The position numbers were made by a program, and so were the translations under genes. The notes under the pieces are model-generated. The model did no database searches. It was given only the letters and a program-made list of their open reading frames with translations, and was not told the DNA's origin. A stretch of 62,675 nt of DNA, counting the filler, from Choristocarpus tenellus KU-1152 (lineage: Eukaryota; Protista; Phaeophyceae): NCBI GenBank assembly GCA_964200185.2. It is 13 parts of 13 records of this genome, joined end to end, with 100 filler letters (N's around TTAATTAATTAA, not from the genome) between each part and the next. Parts side by side here need not be neighbours in the genome. Positions count along the whole stretch, not along the records: positions 47,579 to 56,062 come from CAXNAD020004660.1; positions 56,163 to 62,675 come from CAXNAD020007969.1; 11 more parts are not named here. One strand, given 5' to 3'. Positions 52,801 to 62,675 of this stretch are shown in pieces (positions within the stretch are counted from its first letter, which is position 1; each line of letters starts with the position of its first letter).

Positions 52801-55800
52801 TCTCCCCATCAACTAATTTTTATTAGTAATACATGGTCCTGTAGAGAGCCAACTCACAACGCATACCATAGTGTGCGAGGACGTGAGGTATCATAGTCCT
52901 GTGTCTGAAGCTAAGAAAACGGAATAAGGAAAAAGGAAATTCAATCTGGAAATGCGTAGAAGGATGAAAACCTCCTACACAGTCGTGTAGGTCTCGGTTC
53001 CACCCAAATCGTCACACTGACCCTAGATTTAGTCTCTTCGTCTGTTGAGTTGTTGATACTATCGTTATAACTTCTTTTATTGACCCTCCCTTCTGCAAAG
53101 CCATGGGTGGGCTAGATGATCTTCATGGGGGACAAGAGTATTAACCCTGTGTTTGAAATATACAGTATAACCTAACCCTAGCATGATTAATATTGGAAAA
53201 TTGCTTATCTTGAAGAGACGATAAAGGATTGAGGGGCTAGGGCATGGGGTTGAAGAGTGTCCTGTTGGGTCAATGTCATGTATAGGCTCCTCTAATGTTA
53301 AACGTGTTGCTTCTCGAAAGACATTTCCCAGCCCTCAAATTATGTAATCAATCTCTCACTGTAGCAAACTGCCTATTGATACCGTAACCCCTGTTCAAGT
53401 GTATGGCAACCACTTTGGCGATGTAGAGCACACACATGCCCGCGCGCGCGCACACACATGTATTATATAAGCGAGAAATCTGCACACTATCCTGACTCTT
53501 GAAACTTCGCGTATTGTTGTTGGAAACGTTGAGCACCTCGTTTGAGCGCCCTAATGGTACCAGGGTGACATTGAACTGTCCCTCCCCTCCGCCCCCCACT
53601 ACCTAACATCTTGGGCAGGTTTCTCATGCAATCTTTTGGCATACGGGAAGGTCTGCGATAAAAGAAAAACTACATGTTCTGTGGTGGGTGAGGTCTTTGT
53701 GGTTATCAACTAAAACACACAGAGGAACTGCCTTTATAAGGCTTCCTCTTAATAGTAGGAAAGAAGGTCCTTTGGGGAGTGTGGAAGAGAGGCTAGGAAT
53801 TTGTGAGGCAGGAGGAAGCGGTTGGGTGTGTTCAGGAGAAGAAGGTTGCAGCGCAGGTGGGGCGGAGGAGTGCTTGCAGCATGGCGAGAAGACTGAGGCC
53901 GAATTTGCACATGCAGGTTGCTGGGAGAGAGAATTTCGTGGTTGATATCAGGTGACTGTTCTTTCCTGGGGCTATTTGATTGGGGGGGGGGGGAAGTTGC
54001 AGGGTCATGAACTACTGTGTTAGGGAAGGTGGTCTTTACCCTGTAGCTATAGTCTTGCACTATATGGAGACACGCGAATCAGTACGGTCAACTTCTGTTA
54101 CCGCAGTACTCCAGTCGTGTTGATAGTATTGTATACAGGAAAGGGCAGAATTCTATTGACCCTTGCTTTTAAGTATGTTGTGGTGCATTTTACGAGTGAC
54201 TCCGTGTTCAGCTCTACTCCTGTCAATATGTAATACTATTATACATATGTGGAATGTACTTAGTCGGGAATGCCGCTAGATCGTATGAAAATAAAATACT
54301 TCAAGAGTAATTTTCAATGTGGCAGCTATCCTCTGATGATCAATAGTCAGGACAAATAACCTTATGGTGTGGATGCCACGGATTCAAATGCGAACAAATA
54401 TGAATTTATGAATATTGTGTGAGGCTGGAGGGTTGTTCACTGTCCCCCGATAGTATATGATTGGGTTCATCAAACGTGGGAGTTTTCCCTCTCCATAGGC
54501 TCTTCAAATGGGAGATGTTATAGATACATGTACACCCAAAGAATTCTTGCCGCTTTCTATAAGCCGGATGTATCGAATACTTTTCTGTGGCCAAGTATTA
54601 GATTCTTATCAGAGTTTTCACCATAGACCTACAACGCTATAATGCAGAGGATTGGTTAAGCCTTGCAGTGCTTCTATCAATACTGTGTGTAATGTATCGA
54701 TACGATTGTTCTATTATATCTTCTAGTGGTTCGGGTATTTTGTTCTCATCATAAGCCTGAAGTATAACTGACCTGGGAAACTGCAGTCATGCTGTACTGT
54801 TTCTCAAACATAGTACCGCCTCTATGCAGTCACTTTCATCATGTATCCCTGTCCCTGCAACGCGCTAAAGATGTGTTTATTTGTGTAACATTTTGCAGGT
54901 CAACACACACTCTAACCTTCAACATGACCCTAACCGTAGGCTGCACAGCACTCACTCTATTACATTGTTTGATAACATTATTCCCTAACACTTTCCATAA
55001 CCCTAGTCATAGTCTTCTGATGATACTGTAATACTAATATAGTTTGTAGTTGTATTGCAGTGTATCCCTTACCCTTTCCAAATAATTCAATTTACACTTC
55101 GAAGTACTCGACAAATCGCTCCATATCGACAACGCTAATTGAAAGCAGTATGTACTTCAAGCACCCTCTGCGGTACTGGAACAGTAATCTGTTGCTGTGA
55201 TATGTACTCCTTTAATTGTAAACTCTGTCTTTCTCAGTGTCATTTTTTTTTGTAGTACTGAATGGTCCTGCGATTATGTACTACCTTCACTGCCGTGCGC
55301 CACCACGTACAACATGTGACTAATGTTCAATTCTGTGCCTTCAGTGGTGAACTCAAACTACCAAGTAGTTTTCTCTGTGCTTGTTGGATGGTTGCATGAT
55401 ACCTTCCTACTTTTGCGCAGAGTGCCGGATGACAAGGTGGAAATCTTCTGTTATACTGCGATATCTGGAGTCCAGTTGTGATAAACCTGACGTACAAACC
55501 ATACACGTTTTCTTGCAATCCTTTGTGCTAGTGCACTGTATCGTACCACCAAAGGAACACCTGGTACCCTTGTGTGTACTGTACTGTAATGTACACCAGC
55601 TGCACTACTGGATTCTTGCATGGATTGTAATCAGGGAAGTGCATGTAGCCCATTCTAGTTTGGGCCGCCGATATATCAATCAGATATTGCTCCTGCATTA
55701 AGGATAGGACTGCACAGATAAAGGCTTGTTGCTGATTCTTTCCCAAATCCTCATCAATTCCTAACTGACATCCAGCACCATGCAGCCATTTCCAGGGTCA

Positions 55801-56162
55801 TTCTTTAGTTCAAAAGGAGTGGTACTGTCATACTCCTCGTGCAAAAGCAAGAGTAGGACAGTCCTGCCTACTATTGGACAGAGGATACACCATACTGTCT
55901 CGCTTTGTACGATGATAATGCCGTGCCAGCAAGGGGAACAATGTTCAATTTGAACTTGCCTGATGCTTTCAACACAACACAGTTTTCACATCAAGCATGC
56001 ACTCTTCCACACCCAAAGTATCTGGGGGGGGGGGGGGGGCCAACCCCAGGGGCCCCCTCCGGNNNNNNNNNNNNNNNNNNNNNNNNNNNNNNNNNNNNNN
56101 NNNNNNTTAATTAATTAANNNNNNNNNNNNNNNNNNNNNNNNNNNNNNNNNNNNNNNNNNNN

Positions 56163-56326
56163 TGGACCGGTTCAACAACTAGTAGGCATGGACCAGTTCA
56201 ACACCTAGTAGGTATGGACCGGTTCAACACCTAGTAGGCATGGACCTGTTCAACAACTAGTAGGCATGGACCGGTTCAACAACTAGTAGGCATGGACCAG
56301 TTCTACAACTAGTAGGCATGAACCGG
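56163..56326 (+). repeat. 26-bp tandem repeat, 6.3 units, truncated by the contig start
   Basis: tggaccggttcaacaactagtaggca with 1-2 substitutions per unit. Confidence 0.95.
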
Positions 56327-56610
56327 GAATTGTAAAAAAAATGTGGGACTGGTCCGGCCGACAGATAGGATCTATTTTAATTCACTGGCTGTTGAAAAGC
56401 CTTGAAAAAAAACAGAGGACAGGGCGTTACAGGGGATAATCCGTAAGCCATCACCCTACTAGTCACGTGGCCGTTTGCTGCGTTGGTGAAACAGTGGCAT
56501 TTCCTCTCCTCCGTAAGGCAGTGCAGTTTGCCATAGAGAGAGAGGGGGGGGGGAGAGTTCGGATCCCTTGCTAATAAACTAGCCGAGTTAGATACAAAGG
56601 TCCGTGTTCC

Positions 56611-56878
56611 AAGTAAAAGTAAACGAGAGGAACCCAGTTTCGCATTTTAAGAATGCTAGCAAATACGTGCCAAATTCAACCCTTTGTTTTGTAACAAGTG
56701 GGTATAGGACATTTTCCGAATCGCGCCAAAAACTCCCTAATAATAGAGAAATCAACTCACTCAAGTCATACTTGGTACTACGTCCATAGGAATAAGGGTG
56801 AATCGCAAAGGGTTGAAAAACTGTCTTATGATGATGCAAAACGGCCTAAAACTGGGCACCTCTTGTTTGCTTTGACTC
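56611..56878 (+). mobile_element. MITE family D copy
   Basis: aaagtaaacgagaggaacccag...ctgggcacctcttgtttgctttgactc. Confidence 0.8.
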
Positions 56879-57019
56879 TCTTGACATCATAGGCTTTGTT
56901 TTAACCCAGAATTCTTTAAATTTTCAGTTCGCCTTGGTATGCATAGACATTGTTACCACAGATTCTAATCCAAGTATATGAAATAGTACACATCACATGG
57001 AAGGTGTATCCACACTCAC

Positions 57020-57115
57020 CTCATAAGCACGGTTAATGAACCCCACCACTGCACCATCCTTGCAGTGGACAATGGCATTGACCTCCTCCTGTGAGGTAAT
57101 GTCCTGAAGACCCAC
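57020..57115 (-). CDS. SPATA4: SPATA4-like CH-domain flagellar protein, exon 3
   Basis: VGLQDITSQEEVNAIVHCKDGAVVGFINRAYE (HCK.G motif); cccag| acceptor, |gtgagt donor. Confidence 0.85.
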
Positions 57116-57270
57116 CTGGGGTGGGGTGGAGAACAAACAGCGACTTCTCTGAAATGATAAATTTGTGATGATGCTCCATGCCTGCAACGAGGCCATGTGA
57201 TACACATTTTCTGTTCCATGTGTGCTGTTCAGCGCTAGAGAATCTCTGTACTCAAGCTTGTACTGCTCGA

Positions 57271-57445
57271 GGCTCAAAGTATCTGGGGGAGGGTGGCGGC
57301 TGTTCTTTTGGGATCAATTTTTTCATGTCGCGATTTTTGGGGGATTTTATTGCATACTTCGGATGGATCATGTATATGTACTTTTCCTGATTTTGGTCCA
57401 GATGGACAACCTAGTGTAGACCCCCCCCCCCAGATACTTTGGGTT
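57271..57445 (+). mobile_element. MITE family A in SPATA4 intron 2; a B-internal fragment lies at ~57870-57970
   Basis: ggctcaaagtatctgggg...cccagatactttgggtt. Confidence 0.88.
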
Positions 57446-58355
57446 GGGATGCATAACAGACACATTCGTAAGCAACATGTAGGCCTGGGTGATGGTCCAG
57501 GTAGCACTGGAAATATCATGGTGATAGGAACTGTTGTGGTATGGCAAGTCATGTAGGGCACCCCCCACCCCTGAGGAGGCTAAAGTAGAGATCATTACAA
57601 CACACATCACGTGAAAATATCGGGGAAACCCTGTAAGCACAAGAGAGGCTGCAAGAAGGATCTCAAAGATAGAGGCATCGGTGCAGATAAAGACACAAGA
57701 GATAGGGGCCAGAGAACCCAAAGCATTCCAGAGGGTAGGACCTTTTCCCTTTTTGTCTGGTTGGGGCTTGTCTTAGGGTTAGGGTTTTTTATGCCCTTTT
57801 TCGTTTTTCAGTGTGAACAATAACCCTAACCCTAAAATGTGTACAACTAGAAGAGGTGGGTCCGGGTCAAGGATATTGACACTTCCTGACAGACACGATA
57901 GCCAAAATTACATCAAAATCACAACTTTGGCCTTATGAACCCAAACGGAGATGGCCCCACCCTCTTAAGTTCTTAGGGTCTGGAACATCATTTTTTTTTT
58001 GTAGCAGTTGATGTGATTGGACAGGGTGTGATGCGCTGAGACGTATTGTACCTCTCGAGAGCAAAAGCGATATGGGTCCAAGTATGCTCCTCTGATAGAA
58101 CGGCATAGTAGGGCTTGAAGTAGTGTATACGCACTTACATACACACACAAGCACTTTGGATATTATAAGTGTTCACTCTTTTCTTGCCTGCCTCTGCATG
58201 AGTTTTACTCTAGCGGGGGAATTCGAGGGTGGATGTTTCACAAAACCAAAAGGTAGAGGTGGTACATGTCTTCTAGTTTCTTCATAATGGAGTGTGACAC
58301 TTGTTCGATCCTGGCTAGAAGTGAATCATTGGGGCCAATGACAACAACTACAATT

Positions 58356-58614
58356 GAGCCAATGTATCTTAGAGGGTAAAGCTGCGTCCATTTGGGGACC
58401 AATATCCAATGTTACGATTTTGATGTAATTTTGGCTGTTGTGTTTGTTAAGAAGTGCCAATATCCTTGTTCTGGACACACCTTTTCAGAACATACACAAT
58501 TTGCCTACTCCGATATATTTTGGAGTAGGTAAAATGTCATAAAAAAAACGAGGGATGCCAAGCCACCAATGGACAAACAGGTCAAAACTCGTACCCTCTA
58601 AGATACTTTCACTC
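58356..58614 (-). mobile_element. MITE family B, full length, 5 nt from the SPATA4 exon-2 donor
   Basis: gagccaatgtatcttagagggta...gtaccctctaagatactttcactc; only a 3-bp ATT duplication visible. Confidence 0.92.
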
Positions 58615-58619
58615 ATTAC

Positions 58620-58761
58620 CTTCTTGAAGAATCTAACAAGCTGACCCCAGTTGTCCTTCTTGACCCGAGTTGCAGTGCCGTTCTCGAAACCATGCATCCT
58701 CACATCCTTGTCATAGTAACGGCAGAAGATCTCTGCTGCTAGAAATCCATTGGAGAAATCA
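58620..58761 (-). CDS. SPATA4: SPATA4-like CH-domain flagellar protein, exon 2
   Basis: (R)DFSNGFLAAEIFCRYYDKDVRMHGFENGTATRVKKDNWGQLVRFFKK. Confidence 0.93.
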
Positions 58762-58991
58762 CTTGGAGGAAGAAATACATTGGTAAGCCTGGCTTGGTTA
58801 CAAGCTGTACAGTTCAGTCAAAGTGAGTAAATAAAAGGTCATTGTCGTCTGTGGGGTTTGAGTACATGTTCATATTTTTCTGTGGGTCACTCTTATCCAC
58901 ACAACCTGTGGGAGGGGGTTGATGGATGGTGTTGGGGTGGACTAAGTAGACCAAACAACCCCCATGCATATATATAAGTATGCCGCACTCA

Positions 58992-59172
58992 GGCTCAAAG
59001 TATCCGGGGGCGGGGAGGGGCGGCTGTTCATTTGGGGTCAATCTTTTCATGTCGTGATTTCTGAGTGATTTGGTTGCACACGTCGCATGAATAATGTAAG
59101 TGCACTTTTCTGGTGATGCCCCATATGAACACCCTGGTGTAGACCCCCCCCTCCCCCCAGATACTTTGTGTC
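58992..59172 (+). mobile_element. MITE family A in SPATA4 intron 1
   Basis: ggctcaaagtatccgggg...cccagatactttgtgtc. Confidence 0.88.
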
Positions 59173-59316
59173 TCAAGTTTAGTGAGAGCAATATGTGCCT
59201 CACTGAAATTTTGCGAGGATTTGTTGTGTTGTCGATTTCGATATATGCTTGCCATCAGGCACAAAACAGAGGCCATAGCATTAGAGGCAGAAGGGCGACA
59301 GCAGTAGGCAACAACA

Positions 59317-59580
59317 GGGTCAAAGTAAACGAGAGATACCCAGAGTTGCATTTTGAGGATGCTGAAAAATGCGTGCAAGTTTCGACTTTTTCTACAACTG
59401 GTTCTAAGAACTTTTCTGAATTGAATTCTTTCGAGAAGTTCCAAACAATAGAGAAATTAACAGTCCCAAGTCAAACGTGCCAAGTCATCCACAGAGATGT
59501 GGGGGAATTGGAAAATATTGAAAAACTGACTTTAAATGCAAAACGCCCAAAACCTGGGTACCTCTGGTTTACTTTGGCTC
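59317..59580 (+). mobile_element. MITE family D in SPATA4 intron 1 (~27-bp TIR; flanks AACA/AAAA)
   Basis: gggtcaaagtaaacgagagatacccag / ctgggtacctctggtttactttggctc. Confidence 0.85.
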
Positions 59581-60046
59581 AAAAACAGCACTTACTCATT
59601 CAGATTTACTCAGAACTGTAGATTGAATTTTTAATATAACATACCATAATAGTTCAGAATATTGTCAATGGAATTAGAACGGGTAATGACTACAGTAGTT
59701 CATTACTATAATGGGTAAAGGAATTTAAGGAACCAGTGTCCAAGCTTCAGCTTAGAAGTCTCCTCAAATGTTGAATGATCCTACAACACGTATGATATAT
59801 CATATTTCTCTCCGATGCAAGAAGAAGAGAAATGTTGACGAGAATCAAGTGTCGATTTTGAAGCCCATTCTATTCAAGCATACCGATGTAAGTTTCTCAT
59901 TGCTGGTGGGGAAGTACTCTTCTCGAGGCATGTGTGGGAGCTTCAATTATGTGCAGATGCTTATCTCGAAAGTGTAAAGTTTCATGGGAGCTGTTGAGTG
60001 ATAACAAAGAAATAAAATGTTTTTGAGTCATAACTAATCTGCTCAC

Positions 60047-60192
60047 CGTTTCACATTTTTTACGGAGTAAGCGAGGTCAAGGCTTTGAACCCAGCGCAGG
60101 GTCTCCCGAGACAACGTGGTGGGCAAGGAGCCCGCCTCTGTCAATCCCGAGGTTGCTGTTGTCGTTGGTGCTGCCTGAGTTTGTGTGGTCAT
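60047..60192 (-). CDS. SPATA4: SPATA4-like CH-domain flagellar protein, exon 1
   Basis: MTTQ...LSRETLRWVQSLDLAYSVKNVK(R), |gtgag donor; phase-2 join to exon 2 gives KRDFSNGF. Confidence 0.92.
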
Positions 60193-60605
60193 GCCTATTC
60201 GTCTTGGAAAGACAGGGCTGCCTTCTAGCACTTTACGCGTTACAATATCACTTTATTGAAAAATCGAATCCTTCGTGAAGAGAGGGAGCGGATTATGGCC
60301 CCACCCGCTCCCCAGCATCCCTGCCTTTGGTATATGCCTTTCCAAGCTGAATCGATTATGTTGTCTGTCAGCAAAACGAACACCGGATTTATTACAAGTA
60401 AAGCAGTTGGACCACACCAATGTGATCGTAGCATTTTGATGAAACAATCAAGAAGAGGTACGAAGAAGGCTATCAAAGTATTTGCTGTCCTTCCATATTC
60501 GCGAGTTCTGTATGCAATTCCGTACAGATGCCCCAAGAACGAGTGAAGAACAAGTTGGTGGGAGTATTCAGGGTTCTTTCTCTAACACAAGACAACTCCG
60601 AAGCT

Positions 60606-60706
60606 ATGGGTGCGACCAGGCCATTTGCTGACCTCGCATGCGCGATCCGAAGCTTCCCTCCTGCTTTCCCACTCCTTGGAGCACAGTGGTGTCTCCAGTG
60701 GATTGT
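60606..60706 (+). CDS. Possible first exon of a gene divergent from SPATA4 (hydrophobic, product unknown)
   Basis: MGATRPFADLACAIRSFPPAFPLLGAQWCLQWI followed by gtatgt; ~410 bp head-to-head from the SPATA4 ATG. Confidence 0.3.
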
Positions 60707-62411
60707 GTATGTTTCATCGAAAAGAAGTTTGGTAAAACAACGTTACAGAAGGGGTGGAAAGGGGGAGGCGTTCTTCCATCTTCAAGATATGAGGTATATT
60801 TATAACGTAATAAAAATATATTAGACAATAAGATGTAAATATTTTTTGCCATAAAACAGAACCCACAATGTACGTACGTATATATAGCTCAGAAGGAAAT
60901 AAAATGAGAAATTGTGGAAAAAAATATGTCTTACTATATTGATCCCTCCCAAAAAATTATGAACAAGGTTAGTCGTCAATCAATCCTGATTCACTATGAT
61001 GTGAAGCAGTGTTGACAACAGCACACTCGTCGTGACTCCTCTTTGGGACCGAACCTTCCTTAGACCAACAAGCGAATATCACCAGGAAATGTCCTGATAG
61101 TACTGCCAGTGAGTTATTGAGTCTATTGCTACCTAATTTTTACGGGCTTCACTCATGTATCTATTGTTGTTCAGTACCAATGGCATAGGGATAGTTGACC
61201 CAGGACCCTTCTGTCTTCTCTTCACTGCCAAGTCGTCTGGGTAGACTACGTCTGGTATAAGATAAATGAAACGATTATGCTGCCAGTGGTCAATGCCTCG
61301 AAATCCTTGTAGCGTCCGGGGCGTTTTATGGGATGTAAGGCAGAAGTGAGAATCAGAAAGTGAATGAAGTGAGGGAAGGGTGTATCGATTGGCCTATGCT
61401 GTTACAGAACATTAAAAGTTGAAGTCACGACAAATCCGCGCAACCACCACGACAGTCCCAATTCCAATATACCTATATATCTGTGCCCCTGTGTCCAATT
61501 TGTCATGTTCCCACTCTCCTGCTCCTCAATCGTCAGCTGACAAAGCAAGTTAGTTAAGGGTAGGTCACCCTTGTCGCTGACTCAGGGTACATTCAGCAGA
61601 GTCGATCGCAGATCGTTGCTATGCTTTGCGGACCGATGTGTCGGCGGCGGCGTTCTGGGCCGCCCGTGGGGTCTGGGTTGGTATTGTTACTTGTGCTTCA
61701 AGGCGTGGATGCAGCACTCCTTCAAGTCGGTACCCCACTGACATGGAGCCAGACAATGCCTTACACGAAGTACGTGCGGTAAGTGTGCGTGTAAGATGTG
61801 AATGAACCCAAACGACACTCCGGTGTCCCTATGGAGTGTAGTGCAGTAGCAGGGGCTTAGCCACATGTCTAGTCCCTAGTTAATGCGCTTATGTGTAATG
61901 TGTAGAGAGTCGACGTTGCTACAGGATGAAGAGTATGTACACCTACCCGCCCCCCTACAGGCCCTGTGGATCTATTTGGTGTTGCAAAATTTTGGGTAAG
62001 AGTCGAAATATATGTATTATTGCGTAACAAGACGCGCAATGTACCTACCTGCGGGTTGTTCAAATGTAGGACCAAAGAATCCATGCTGGGCTGCTTGAAG
62101 TACAAAAGTGGCTTGAATAGAAGCATTTTCACAGTCACTCCGCTGGCTAATCTGGAATTTTCTACCTTTTTGTCGACTTGGAAATATGCAGTTGGCGGAA
62201 CGGTATATTTTTATACACTTACCACAAGCAGTACACGTAGATTTACCATCGGCAGCTCTTTTCTTGATCAACCAAGCCACAGCATAGGTTTCGAATGATG
62301 CAGTACGAACTCTCGACAAGTGCCCCTTAAAAACCAACAGCAAACAAGAAAACAGCAAAAAAATAGAAAAACCAACTCATCACATCTGTCATCATAACCC
62401 TAAAAAAAATG

Positions 62412-62442
<31 letters not shown>

Positions 62443-62675
62443 TCAAAACATGTCTCGCAAAACAAACACACACACAGTCGGTCGATGCGCCCCAAACAGT
62501 AATTCACAACCTCTCCCCCTCCCCCTTGCGAACCCACACACAATGACGACGGTGATGATGAACCGCCACCATTCACAGAGAGCATGGCATTCACCAGTTT
62601 CTCTCAAGATATCGTAAGGTACAGGGGATCGAGAATGATGACCTCAAGTGGGGCGATGAGGTGCGGTGCGATCCC

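Noticed and set aside
56163-56326. CRISPR array
   Set aside because: Units are contiguous with no unique spacers; eukaryotic context and no cas genes

Overview
Eukaryotic, intron-rich, repeat-rich genomic DNA. It is not one locus: 13 short sequence pieces are joined by 12 artificial 100-bp linkers (N44-TTAATTAATTAA-N44), plus one 10-N gap. Gene content and TE types suggest a flagellated, probably photosynthetic stramenopile such as a brown alga or relative (inference only). Recognisable host genes, all partial: SPATA4-like CH-domain protein (3 exons), dihydroxy-acid dehydratase (3 exons) and PIG-F/GPI11 (last 2 exons). There is also a frameshifted GH2 beta-galactosidase pseudogene. TE relics include a Ty3/Gypsy integrase-chromodomain, a retrotransposon Gag, RTE- and CRE-type LINE fragments and a possible GIY-YIG remnant. 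The most striking structure is a set of at least 3-4 unrelated-looking MITE families (A, B, D, E; more than 25 full or partial copies). They share one terminus, G-R-N-N-(C/G)AAAGTA. Several copies have 4-bp TSDs, consistent with Sola2-type transposons. Two B copies interrupt a Gag ORF that becomes one 565-aa frame when they are excised. A degenerate Cys-rich transposase-like relic next to a B-like end (37.5-39.0 kb) is a tentative candidate for the autonomous partner.
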